Source: Escherichia coli (GTDB lineage: Bacteria > Pseudomonadota > Gammaproteobacteria > Enterobacterales > Enterobacteriaceae). From it: a stretch of 64,000 bases of DNA. Position numbers and translations under genes: made by a program. Below, one piece after another: positions 14,883 to 24,925 of this stretch. The stretch lies in NCBI RefSeq assembly GCF_045037415.1, contig NZ_CP173438.1; one strand, written 5' to 3'. The stretch's first letter is position 1; the number at the start of each line of letters is the position of its first letter. The notes beneath the pieces were generated by a model. It had not been told where the DNA came from and searched no databases. It saw only the letters and a program-made list of their open reading frames with translations.

Positions 14883-15758
14883 ATGACCAGTAGCTATCTG
14901 CATTTTCCGGAGTTTGATCCGGTCATTTTCTCAATAGGACCCGTGGCGCTTCACTGGTACGGACTGATGTATCTGGTGGGTTTCATTTTTGCAATGTGGC
15001 TGGCAACACGACGGGCGAATCGTCCGGGCAGTGGCTGGACCAAAAATGAAGTTGAAAACTTACTCTATGCGGGCTTCCTCGGCGTCTTCCTCGGTGGACG
15101 TATTGGTTATGTTCTGTTCTACAATTTCCCGCAGTTTATGGCCGATCCGCTGTATCTTTTCCGTGTCTGGGACGGCGGCATGTCCTTCCACGGCGGCCTG
15201 ATTGGCGTTATCGTGGTGATGATTATCTTCGCCCGCCGTACTAAACGTTCCTTCTTCCAGGTCTCTGATTTTATTGCTCCACTCATTCCGTTTGGTCTTG
15301 GTGCCGGGCGTCTGGGCAACTTTATTAACGGTGAATTGTGGGGCCGCGTTGACCCGAACTTCCCGTTTGCCATGCTGTTCCCTGGCTCCCGTACAGAAGA
15401 TATTTTGCTGCTGCAAACCAACCCGCAGTGGCAATCCATTTTCGACACTTACGGTGTGCTGCCGCGCCACCCATCACAGCTTTACGAGCTGCTGCTGGAA
15501 GGTGTGGTGCTGTTTATTATCCTCAACCTGTATATTCGTAAACCGCGCCCAATGGGAGCTGTCTCAGGCTTGTTCCTGATTGGTTACGGAGCGTTTCGCA
15601 TCATTGTTGAGTTTTTCCGCCAGCCCGACGCGCAGTTTACTGGTGCCTGGGTGCAGTACATCAGCATGGGGCAAATTCTTTCCATCCCGATGATTGTCGC
15701 GGGTGTGATCATGATGGTCTGGGCATATCGTCGCAGCCCACAGCAACACGTTTCCTGA
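14883..15758 (+). CDS. lgt: Prolipoprotein diacylglyceryl transferase
   Basis: 291-aa membrane ORF. Confidence 0.9.
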
Positions 15759-15764
15759 GGAACC

Positions 15765-16559
15765 ATGAAACAGTATTTAGAACTGATGCAAAAAGTGCTC
15801 GACGAAGGCACACAGAAAAACGACCGTACCGGAACCGGAACGCTTTCCATTTTTGGTCATCAGATGCGTTTTAACCTGCAGGATGGATTCCCGCTGGTGA
15901 CAACTAAACGTTGCCACCTGCGTTCCATCATCCACGAACTGCTGTGGTTCCTGCAGGGCGACACTAACATTGCTTATCTACACGAAAACAATGTCACCAT
16001 CTGGGACGAATGGGCCGATGAAAACGGCGACCTCGGGCCAGTGTATGGTAAACAGTGGCGCGCCTGGCCAACGCCGGATGGTCGTCATATTGACCAGATC
16101 ACTACGGTACTGAACCAGCTGAAAAACGACCCGGATTCCCGTCGCATTATTGTTTCAGCGTGGAACGTAGGCGAACTGGATAAAATGGCGCTGGCACCGT
16201 GCCATGCATTCTTCCAGTTCTATGTGGCAGACGGCAAACTCTCTTGCCAGCTTTATCAGCGCTCCTGTGACGTCTTCCTCGGCCTGCCGTTCAACATTGC
16301 CAGCTACGCGTTACTGGTGCATATGATGGCGCAGCAGTGCGATCTGGAAGTGGGTGATTTTGTCTGGACCGGTGGCGACACGCATCTGTACAGCAACCAT
16401 ATGGATCAAACTCATCTGCAATTAAGCCGCGAACCGCGTCCGCTGCCGAAGTTGATTATCAAACGTAAACCCGAATCCATCTTCGACTACCGTTTCGAAG
16501 ACTTTGAGATTGAAGGATACGATCCACATCCGGGCATTAAAGCGCCGGTGGCTATCTAA
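15765..16559 (+). CDS. thyA: Thymidylate synthase
   Basis: 264-aa ORF starting [31 protein letters not shown]. Confidence 0.95.
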
Positions 16560-16580
16560 TTACGAAACATCCTGCCAGAG

Positions 16581-16608
16581 CCGACGCCAGTGTGCGTCGG
16601 TTTTTTTT
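16581..16608 (+). terminator. Rho-independent terminator after thyA
   Basis: Hairpin CCGACGC-CAGTGT-GCGTCGG followed by T8. Confidence 0.7.
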
Positions 16609-16743
16609 GCCCTCCGTTAAATTCTTCGAGACACCTTCCCGAAATTTTGCAACGTCCTGCAACGACGTAAATAGTCCGGAAGATGCGCCGAAGAAATAGA
16701 AACTGGCCCTCGTCTTTTTTTCTCCTCGCTCCATACTGCCGGC

Positions 16744-17214
16744 ATGAAAAAACAACGTGGTTATACGCTGATTGAAACGCTGGTCGCGATGCTGATTCTG
16801 GTCATGCTAAGCGCAAGTGGGCTCTATGGCTGGCAATACTGGCAGCAGTCGCAACGGCTTTGGCAAACCGCCAGCCAGGCGCGGGACTATTTGCTCTATT
16901 TACGTGAAGATGCCAACTGGCATAACCGCGACCACAGTATCAGTCTTATCAGGGAGGGGACGTTATGGTGCCTTGTGAGTTCCGTTGCTGGGGCGAATAC
17001 CTGTCATGGCAGTTCACCATTGGTCTTTGTGCCGCGCTGGCCCGAAGTCGAAATGAGCGACCTGACACCTTCGCTTGCTTTCTTTGGCCTGCGCAATACC
17101 GCATGGGCCGGGCATATTCGCTTCAAAAACTCAACGGGCGAGTGGTGGCTAGTGGTTTCGCCGTGGGGAAGACTCCGGCTTTGTCAGCAAGGAGAAACAG
17201 AAGGATGCCTGTAA
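16744..17214 (+). CDS. ppdA: Prepilin-type N-terminal cleavage/methylation protein PpdA
   Basis: 156-aa ORF with the type IV pilin-like N-terminus [14 protein letters not shown]. Confidence 0.85.
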   Translation: MKKQRGYTLIETLVAMLILVMLSASGLYGWQYWQQSQRLWQTASQARDYLLYLREDANWHNRDHSISLIREGTLWCLVSSVAGANTCHGSSPLVFVPRWPEVEMSDLTPSLAFFGLRNTAWAGHIRFKNSTGEWWLVVSPWGRLRLCQQGETEGCL

Positions 17215-17768
17215 AAGAGCAAGGTTTTTCTCTGCTGGAAGTGTTGATTGCTATGGCGATCAGTAGCGTATTGTTGCTGGGGGCTGCACGCTTTCTGCCT
17301 GCGTTACAGCGTGAAAGTTTAACGAACACCCGTAAGCTGGCGCTGGAAGATGAAATCTGGCTGCGGGTATTTACCGTCGCGAAGCATCTCCAGAGGGCGG
17401 GTTATTGCCATGGCAGCTGTACGGGCGAAGGGCTGGAAATTGTCGGACAGGGTGACTGTGTCATTGTGCAGTGGGATGCGAACAGTAATGGTATCTGGGA
17501 TCGCGAACCGGTAAAAGAGTCCGACCAGATTGGATTTCGTCTGAAGGAGCATGTGCTGGAAACGCTACGCGGTGCGACATCCTGTGAAGGTAAGGGCTGG
17601 GATAAAGTCACTAATCCGGATGCCATCATTATCGACACTTTTCAGGTCGTACGTCAGGATGTCAGCGGCTTCTCGCCGGTGTTGACGGTTAATATGCACG
17701 CTGCCAGCAAGGCTGATCCGCAAACCGTGGTGGATGCCAGCTATAGCGTGACAGGATCCAACCTGTGA
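17205..17768 (+). CDS. ppdB: Prepilin-type protein PpdB
   Basis: Start chosen at [20 protein letters not shown] (prepilin motif) after GGAG; the ORF-track extension upstream overlaps ppdA. Confidence 0.8.
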   Translation: MPVKEQGFSLLEVLIAMAISSVLLLGAARFLPALQRESLTNTRKLALEDEIWLRVFTVAKHLQRAGYCHGSCTGEGLEIVGQGDCVIVQWDANSNGIWDREPVKESDQIGFRLKEHVLETLRGATSCEGKGWDKVTNPDAIIIDTFQVVRQDVSGFSPVLTVNMHAASKADPQTVVDASYSVTGSNL

Positions 17769-18172
17769 ACCGCGAAAAGGGTGTTTCGTCACTGGCTCTG
17801 GTCCTGATGCTGCTGATTTTGGGTAGCTTGCTATTGCAAGGAATGAGTCAGCAGGATCGCAGTTTTGCTTCTCGCGTGAGCATGGAAAGTCAGTCATTGC
17901 GCCGCCAGGCCATCGTTCAGTCGGCGCTGGAGTGGGGAAAAATGCACTCCTGGCAGACGCTGCCCGCAGTTCAGTGCTTACTGTATGCTGCCACCGGTGC
18001 CCGGGTTTGTCTGCGTTTACTGGCAGATAATGAAGCCTTATTGATTGCTGGTTATGAAGGCGTTTCGTTGTGGCGAACAGGCGAAGTCATCGATGGAAAC
18101 ATTGTTTTTTCGCCACGCGGCTGGAGCGATTTTTGTCCGCTGAAAGAGAGGGCGTTATGTCAGCTTCCCTGA
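17765..18172 (+). CDS. ygdB: YgdB, prepilin-operon protein
   Basis: 135-aa ORF with hydrophobic N-terminus, between ppdB and ppdC. Confidence 0.75.
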   Translation: MNREKGVSSLALVLMLLILGSLLLQGMSQQDRSFASRVSMESQSLRRQAIVQSALEWGKMHSWQTLPAVQCLLYAATGARVCLRLLADNEALLIAGYEGVSLWRTGEVIDGNIVFSPRGWSDFCPLKERALCQLP

Positions 18173-18480
18173 GGAATCAACAAGGCTTTAGTCTGCCGGA
18201 GGTAATGTTGGCGATGGTGTTGATGGTGATGATTGTCACTGCGTTATCGGGTTTCCAGCGAACATTAATGAACAGTCTTGCCAGCAGAAACCAGTACCAA
18301 CAGCTCTGGCGGCATGGCTGGCAGCAAACGCAACTGCGCGCGATTTCGCCACCTGCTAACTGGCAGGTCAACCGAATGCAGACATCGCAGGCGGGATGTG
18401 TCAGCATCAGCGTTACGCTAGTTTCACCCGGGGGCAGAGAAGGCGAGATGACCCGCCTGCATTGCCCGAATCGTCAGTAG
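18157..18480 (+). CDS. ppdC: Prepilin-type protein PpdC
   Basis: Start chosen at [21 protein letters not shown] (prepilin motif); the ORF-track start at 18070 is probably too long. Confidence 0.75.
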   Translation: MSASLRNQQGFSLPEVMLAMVLMVMIVTALSGFQRTLMNSLASRNQYQQLWRHGWQQTQLRAISPPANWQVNRMQTSQAGCVSISVTLVSPGGREGEMTRLHCPNRQ

Positions 18481-18492
18481 TCAGGAGCCGCT

Positions 18493-21400
18493 ATGTTAAG
18501 GGTCTACCATTCCAATCGTCTGGACGTGCTGGAAGCGTTGATGGAGTTTATTGTCGAACGCGAACGGCTGGACGATCCTTTCGAACCAGAGATGATTCTG
18601 GTGCAAAGTACCGGTATGGCACAGTGGCTGCAAATGACCCTGTCGCAAAAGTTTGGTATTGCGGCAAACATTGATTTTCCGCTGCCAGCGAGCTTTATCT
18701 GGGATATGTTCGTCCGGGTGTTACCGGAGATCCCCAAAGAGAGCGCCTTTAACAAACAGAGCATGAGCTGGAAACTGATGACACTGCTGCCGCAACTGTT
18801 GGAGCGCGAAGACTTTACCCTGTTGCGGCATTATCTGACTGACGATAGTGACAAGCGAAAACTGTTCCAGCTTTCTTCAAAAGCGGCGGACCTGTTTGAC
18901 CAGTATCTGGTCTATCGTCCGGACTGGCTGGCACAGTGGGAAACAGGACATCTGGTAGAAGGGTTGGGAGAAGCACAGGCCTGGCAAGCGCCGTTGTGGA
19001 AGGCGTTGGTGGAATATACCGACGAACTTGGGCAACCGCGCTGGCACCGCGCCAATCTCTATCAGCGCTTTATCGAAACGCTGGAGTCCGCGACGACCTG
19101 CCCGCCGGGGTTACCTTCGCGCGTCTTTATATGCGGTATTTCCGCGTTACCGCCTGTTTATCTCCAGGCGCTACAGGCGCTGGGTAAACATATTGAAATC
19201 CATCTCCTGTTTACCAACCCCTGCCGTTATTACTGGGGCGACATTAAAGATCCCGCTTATCTGGCGAAACTACTGACTCGCCAGCGCCGACACAGTTTTG
19301 AAGATCGCGAATTACCGCTATTTCGCGACAGCGAAAATGCCGGGCAGCTCTTTAACAGCGATGGTGAACAGGATGTCGGCAACCCGCTGCTGGCTTCATG
19401 GGGCAAGCTTGGGCGCGACTACATTTATCTCCTTTCTGACCTGGAGAGCAGCCAGGAGCTGGACGCTTTTGTCGATGTGACGCCAGATAACCTGCTGCAT
19501 AATATTCAGTCTGACATTCTGGAACTGGAAAACCGCGCCGTTGCTGGTGTGAACATCGAAGAGTTTTCCCGTAGCGATAACAAACGCCCGCTTGATCCAC
19601 TGGATAGCAGTATCACCTTCCACGTTTGCCATAGCCCGCAGCGTGAAGTTGAAGTTTTACACGATCGCCTGCTGGCGATGCTGGAGGAAGACCCGACACT
19701 TACTCCGCGCGACATCATCGTGATGGTGGCTGATATCGACAGCTACAGTCCGTTTATTCAGGCTGTGTTTGGTAGCGCACCTGCGGATCGTTACCTGCCT
19801 TACGCCATTTCCGACCGTCGGGCGCGGCAGTCGCATCCTGTACTTGAAGCGTTTATCAGCCTGTTATCGTTGCCAGACAGCCGCTTTGTGTCGGAAGACG
19901 TGCTGGCATTACTGGATGTGCCGGTGCTGGCGGCGCGGTTTGACATCACCGAAGAAGGGCTGCGTTATTTACGCCAGTGGGTCAACGAGTCCGGCATTCG
20001 TTGGGGGATAGATGACGACAACGTTCGCGAGCTGGAACTTCCCGCTACCGGTCAACACACCTGGCGGTTTGGCCTGACGCGCATGTTGCTGGGCTACGCG
20101 ATGGAGAGCGCGCAGGGCGAGTGGCAATCGGTTCTACCTTATGATGAATCGAGCGGCTTAATTGCAGAACTGGTGGGGCATCTGGCTTCACTGCTAATGC
20201 AGCTAAATATCTGGCGTCGCGGGCTGGCGCAGGAGCGTCCGCTGGAAGAGTGGTTGCCGGTTTGTCGCGATATGCTCAACGCCTTCTTCCTGCCGGATGC
20301 GGAAACCGAAGCGGCGATGACGCTGATCGAACAACAATGGCAGGCGATTATCGCCGAAGGTTTAGGTGCGCAGTATGGCGACGCGGTGCCGCTGTCACTA
20401 TTGCGTGATGAACTGGCACAGCGCCTGGATCAAGAACGTATCAGCCAGCGTTTTCTCGCCGGACCGGTTAACATTTGTACTCTGATGCCAATGCGTTCAA
20501 TTCCGTTCAAAGTGGTTTGCCTGCTGGGAATGAACGACGGCGTTTATCCACGTCAGCTTGCGCCATTGGGCTTTGATCTGATGAGCCAGAAACCGAAGCG
20601 TGGCGACCGTAGCCGTCGCGATGACGACCGCTATCTGTTCCTGGAAGCGTTAATTTCCGCGCAGCAAAAACTCTATATCAGCTATATCGGGCGTTCCATT
20701 CAGGATAACAGTGAACGTTTCCCGTCGGTACTGGTGCAGGAACTGATCGACTACATCGGGCAAAGCCATTATCTACCGGGCGATGAAGCGCTCAACTGTG
20801 ATGAAAGCGAGGCAAGGGTAAAAGCGCATCTTACTTGCCTCCATACCCGAATGCCGTTTGATCCACAAAACTACCAGCCAGGCGAACGACAAAGTTATGC
20901 TCGTGAATGGCTACCTGCGGCCAGCCAGGCTGGTAAAGCACATTCTGAATTTGTTCAGCCGCTGCCATTTACCTTACCGGAAACCGTGCCGCTGGAAACG
21001 CTACAACGATTCTGGGCACATCCGGTGCGGGCATTTTTCCAGATGCGTTTGCAGGTGAACTTCCGTACCGAAGACAGCGAAATCCCCGACACCGAGCCAT
21101 TTATTCTGGAAGGACTTAGCCGTTATCAAATCAATCAGCAGTTATTGAATGCACTGGTTGAGCAGGATGATGCCGAACGCTTGTTCCGTCGCTTCCGGGC
21201 GGCAGGGGATTTACCGTATGGCGCTTTTGGTGAAATTTTCTGGGAAACGCAGTGTCAGGAGATGCAGCAGCTTGCCGACAGAGTCATTGCCTGTCGCCAG
21301 CCGGGGCAGAGTATGGAGATTGATCTCGCCTGCAACGGTGTGCAAATAACGGGCTGGTTGCCGCAGGTGCAGCCGGATGGCCTGTTGCGCTGGCGTCCCT

Positions 21401-21861
21401 CTTTATTAAGTGTGGCGCAGGGAATGCAACTTTGGCTGGAACACCTTGTCTACTGTGCCAGCGGTGGTAATGGTGAAAGTCGCCTTTTTCTACGCAAAGA
21501 CGGCGAGTGGCGTTTTCCGCCGCTTGCAGCCGAACAGGCTTTGCATTACCTCTCACAACTGATTGAGGGGTATCGTGAAGGAATGTCCGCGCCATTGCTG
21601 GTGTTACCTGAAAGTGGCGGCGCGTGGCTAAAAACCTGTTATGACGCGCAAAACGATGCCATGCTGGATGACGATTCCACGTTGCAAAAAGCCCGTACGA
21701 AATTCCTTCAGGCTTACGAAGGCAACATGATGGTGCGTGGCGAAGGTGATGATATCTGGTATCAACGGCTCTGGCGGCAATTAACACCAGAGACAATGGA
21801 GGCTATCGTTGAACAGTCGCAACGTTTCCTGTTACCGCTGTTTCGCTTTAATCAGTCATGA
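18493..21861 (+). CDS. recC: Exodeoxyribonuclease V gamma subunit RecC
   Basis: 1122-aa ORF starting MLRVYHSNRLDVLEAL. Confidence 0.95.
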   Translation: MLRVYHSNRLDVLEALMEFIVERERLDDPFEPEMILVQSTGMAQWLQMTLSQKFGIAANIDFPLPASFIWDMFVRVLPEIPKESAFNKQSMSWKLMTLLPQLLEREDFTLLRHYLTDDSDKRKLFQLSSKAADLFDQYLVYRPDWLAQWETGHLVEGLGEAQAWQAPLWKALVEYTDELGQPRWHRANLYQRFIETLESATTCPPGLPSRVFICGISALPPVYLQALQALGKHIEIHLLFTNPCRYYWGDIKDPAYLAKLLTRQRRHSFEDRELPLFRDSENAGQLFNSDGEQDVGNPLLASWGKLGRDYIYLLSDLESSQELDAFVDVTPDNLLHNIQSDILELENRAVAGVNIEEFSRSDNKRPLDPLDSSITFHVCHSPQREVEVLHDRLLAMLEEDPTLTPRDIIVMVADIDSYSPFIQAVFGSAPADRYLPYAISDRRARQSHPVLEAFISLLSLPDSRFVSEDVLALLDVPVLAARFDITEEGLRYLRQWVNESGIRWGIDDDNVRELELPATGQHTWRFGLTRMLLGYAMESAQGEWQSVLPYDESSGLIAELVGHLASLLMQLNIWRRGLAQERPLEEWLPVCRDMLNAFFLPDAETEAAMTLIEQQWQAIIAEGLGAQYGDAVPLSLLRDELAQRLDQERISQRFLAGPVNICTLMPMRSIPFKVVCLLGMNDGVYPRQLAPLGFDLMSQKPKRGDRSRRDDDRYLFLEALISAQQKLYISYIGRSIQDNSERFPSVLVQELIDYIGQSHYLPGDEALNCDESEARVKAHLTCLHTRMPFDPQNYQPGERQSYAREWLPAASQAGKAHSEFVQPLPFTLPETVPLETLQRFWAHPVRAFFQMRLQVNFRTEDSEIPDTEPFILEGLSRYQINQQLLNALVEQDDAERLFRRFRAAGDLPYGAFGEIFWETQCQEMQQLADRVIACRQPGQSMEIDLACNGVQITGWLPQVQPDGLLRWRPSLLSVAQGMQLWLEHLVYCASGGNGESRLFLRKDGEWRFPPLAAEQALHYLSQLIEGYREGMSAPLLVLPESGGAWLKTCYDAQNDAMLDDDSTLQKARTKFLQAYEGNMMVRGEGDDIWYQRLWRQLTPETMEAIVEQSQRFLLPLFRFNQS

Positions 21862-22036
21862 GTGTTGTATAAAAATTGCGCAATCTATCCGCTTACTTTA
21901 TGATGCGCACCAGTCACGGACTGATGGTTATATAGACATAGGCTGACTCGTTCAGCACAAGATTAAATTCTGGCAGATGATTTGCGTTAACGTGTTGAAT
22001 CTGGCCAGAAAATAAAGTTGATTATGAGGTCCGTGA

Positions 22037-24925
22037 ATGCCCCGCAGCATCTGGTTCAAAGCATTATTGTTGTTTGTTGCCCTCTGGGCACCCTTAAGTC
22101 AGGCAGAAACGGGATGGCAGCCGATTCAGGAAACCATCCGTAAAAGTGATAAAGATAACCGCCAGTATCAGGCTATACGTCTGGATAACGGTATGGTGGT
22201 CTTACTGGTTTCTGATCCGCAGGCAGTTAAATCGCTCTCGGCGCTGGTGGTGCCCGTTGGGTCGCTGGAAGATCCTGAGGCGTACCAGGGGCTGGCACAT
22301 TACCTTGAACATATGAGTCTGATGGGGTCGAAAAAGTATCCGCAGGCTGACAGTCTGGCCGAATATCTCAAAATGCACGGCGGCAGTCACAATGCCAGCA
22401 CGGCACCGTATCGCACGGCTTTCTATCTGGAAGTTGAGAACGATGCCTTACCCGGTGCGGTAGACCGCCTGGCCGATGCTATTGCAGAACCCTTGCTCGA
22501 CAAGAAATACGCCGAACGTGAGCGTAATGCAGTGAATGCCGAATTAACCATGGCGCGTACGCGTGACGGGATGCGCATGGCACAGGTCAGCGCAGAAACC
22601 ATTAACCCGGCACACCCCGGTTCAAAGTTTTCTGGTGGTAACCTCGAAACTTTAAGCGACAAACCAGGTAATCCGGTACAGCAGGCGCTGAAAGATTTCC
22701 ACGAGAAGTACTATTCCGCCAATCTGATGAAGGCGGTTATTTACAGCAATAAACCGTTGCCGGAGTTGGCGAAAATGGCGGCGGACACCTTTGGTCGCGT
22801 GCCGAACAAAGAGAGCAAAAAACCGGAAATCACCGTGCCGGTAGTCACCGACGCGCAAAAGGGCATTATCATTCATTACGTCCCGGCGCTGCCGCGTAAA
22901 GTTCTGCGCGTTGAGTTTCGCATCGATAACAATTCAGCGAAGTTCCGTAGTAAAACGGATGAATTGATTACCTATCTGATTGGTAATCGCAGCCCTGGTA
23001 CACTTTCTGACTGGCTGCAAAAGCAGGGATTAGTTGAGGGCATTAGCGCCAATTCCGATCCTATCGTCAACGGCAACAGCGGCGTATTAGCGATCTCTGC
23101 GTCTTTAACCGATAAAGGTCTGGCGAATCGCGATCAGGTTGTGGCGGCCATTTTTAGCTACCTCAATCTGTTACGTGAAAAAGGGATCGATAAACAATAC
23201 TTCGATGAACTGGCGAATGTGCTGGATATCGACTTCCGTTATCCGTCAATCACCCGTGATATGGATTACGTCGAATGGCTGGCAGATACCATGATTCGCG
23301 TTCCTGTTGAGCATACACTGGATGCAGTCAATATTGCCGATCGGTACGACGCTAAAGCGGTAAAAGAACGTCTGGCGATGATGACGCCACAGAATGCGCG
23401 TATCTGGTATATCAGCCCGAAAGAGCCGCACAACAAAACGGCTTACTTTGTCGATGCGCCGTATCAGGTCGATAAAATTAGCGCACAAACTTTCGCTGAC
23501 TGGCAGAAAAAAGCCGCCAATATTGCGCTCTCCTTACCGGAGCTTAACCCCTATATTCCTGACGATTTCTCGCTGATTAAGTCAGAGAAGAAATACGACC
23601 ATCCAGAGTTGATTGTTGATGAGTCGAATCTGCGCGTGGTGTATGCGCCAAGCCGTTATTTTGCCAGCGAGCCCAAAGCTGATGTCAGCCTGATTTTGCG
23701 TAATCCGAAAGCCATGGACAGCGCCCGCAATCAGGTGATGTTTGCACTCAATGATTATCTCGCAGGGCTGGCGCTTGATCAGTTAAGCAACCAGGCGTCG
23801 GTTGGTGGCATAAGTTTTTCCACCAATGCTAACAACGGCCTTATGGTTAATGCTAATGGTTACACCCAGCGTCTGCCGCAGCTGTTCCAGGCTCTGCTGG
23901 AGGGCTACTTTAGCTATACCGCTACGGAAGATCAGCTTGAGCAGGCGAAGTCCTGGTATAACCAGATGATGGATTCCGCAGAAAAGGGCAAAGCGTTCGA
24001 GCAGGCGATTATGCCCGCGCAGATGCTCTCGCAAGTGCCGTACTTCTCGCGAGATGAACGGCGCAAAATTTTGCCCTCCATTACGTTGAAAGAGGTGCTG
24101 GCCTATCGCGACGCCTTAAAATCAGGGGCTAGACCAGAGTTTATGGTTATCGGCAACATGACTGAAGCCCAGGCAATAACGCTGGCACGCCATGTGCAAA
24201 AACAGTTGGGCGCTGATGGTTCAGAGTGGTGTCGTAACAAAGATGTCGTGGTCGATAAAAAACAATCCGTCATCTTTGAAAAAGCCGGTAACAGCACCGA
24301 CTCCGCACTGGCAGCGGTATTTGTACCGACTGGCTACGATGAATACACCAGCTCAGCGTATAGTTCTCTGTTGGGGCAGATCGTACAGCCGTGGTTCTAC
24401 AATCAGTTGCGTACCGAAGAACAGTTGGGCTATGCCGTGTTTGCGTTTCCAATGAGCGTGGGGCGTCAGTGGGGCATGGGCTTCCTTTTGCAAAGCAATG
24501 ATAAACAGCCTTCATTCTTGTGGGAGCGTTACAAGGCGTTTTTCCCAACCGCAGAGGCAAAATTGCGGGCGATGAAGCCAGAAGAGTTTGCGCAAATCCA
24601 GCAGGCGGTAATTACCCAGATGCTGCAGGCACCGCAAACGCTCGGCGAAGAAGCATCGAAGTTAAGTAAAGATTTCGATCGCGGCAATATGCGCTTCGAT
24701 TCGCGTGATAAAATCGTGGCCCAGATAAAACTGCTGACGCCGCAAAAAATTGCTGATTTCTTCCATCAGGCGGTGGTCGAGCCGCAAGGTATGGCTATTC
24801 TGTCGCAGATTTCCGGCAGCCAGAATGGGAAAGCCGAATATGTGCATCCTGAAGGCTGGAAAGTGTGGGAGAACGTCAGCGCGTTGCAGCAAACAATGCC
24901 CCTGATGAGTGAAAAGAATGAGTGA
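22037..24925 (+). CDS. ptrA: Protease III (pitrilysin), periplasmic zinc metalloprotease
   Basis: 962-aa ORF with signal peptide and inverted zinc motif HYLEHM. Confidence 0.95.
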   Translation: MPRSIWFKALLLFVALWAPLSQAETGWQPIQETIRKSDKDNRQYQAIRLDNGMVVLLVSDPQAVKSLSALVVPVGSLEDPEAYQGLAHYLEHMSLMGSKKYPQADSLAEYLKMHGGSHNASTAPYRTAFYLEVENDALPGAVDRLADAIAEPLLDKKYAERERNAVNAELTMARTRDGMRMAQVSAETINPAHPGSKFSGGNLETLSDKPGNPVQQALKDFHEKYYSANLMKAVIYSNKPLPELAKMAADTFGRVPNKESKKPEITVPVVTDAQKGIIIHYVPALPRKVLRVEFRIDNNSAKFRSKTDELITYLIGNRSPGTLSDWLQKQGLVEGISANSDPIVNGNSGVLAISASLTDKGLANRDQVVAAIFSYLNLLREKGIDKQYFDELANVLDIDFRYPSITRDMDYVEWLADTMIRVPVEHTLDAVNIADRYDAKAVKERLAMMTPQNARIWYISPKEPHNKTAYFVDAPYQVDKISAQTFADWQKKAANIALSLPELNPYIPDDFSLIKSEKKYDHPELIVDESNLRVVYAPSRYFASEPKADVSLILRNPKAMDSARNQVMFALNDYLAGLALDQLSNQASVGGISFSTNANNGLMVNANGYTQRLPQLFQALLEGYFSYTATEDQLEQAKSWYNQMMDSAEKGKAFEQAIMPAQMLSQVPYFSRDERRKILPSITLKEVLAYRDALKSGARPEFMVIGNMTEAQAITLARHVQKQLGADGSEWCRNKDVVVDKKQSVIFEKAGNSTDSALAAVFVPTGYDEYTSSAYSSLLGQIVQPWFYNQLRTEEQLGYAVFAFPMSVGRQWGMGFLLQSNDKQPSFLWERYKAFFPTAEAKLRAMKPEEFAQIQQAVITQMLQAPQTLGEEASKLSKDFDRGNMRFDSRDKIVAQIKLLTPQKIADFFHQAVVEPQGMAILSQISGSQNGKAEYVHPEGWKVWENVSALQQTMPLMSEKNE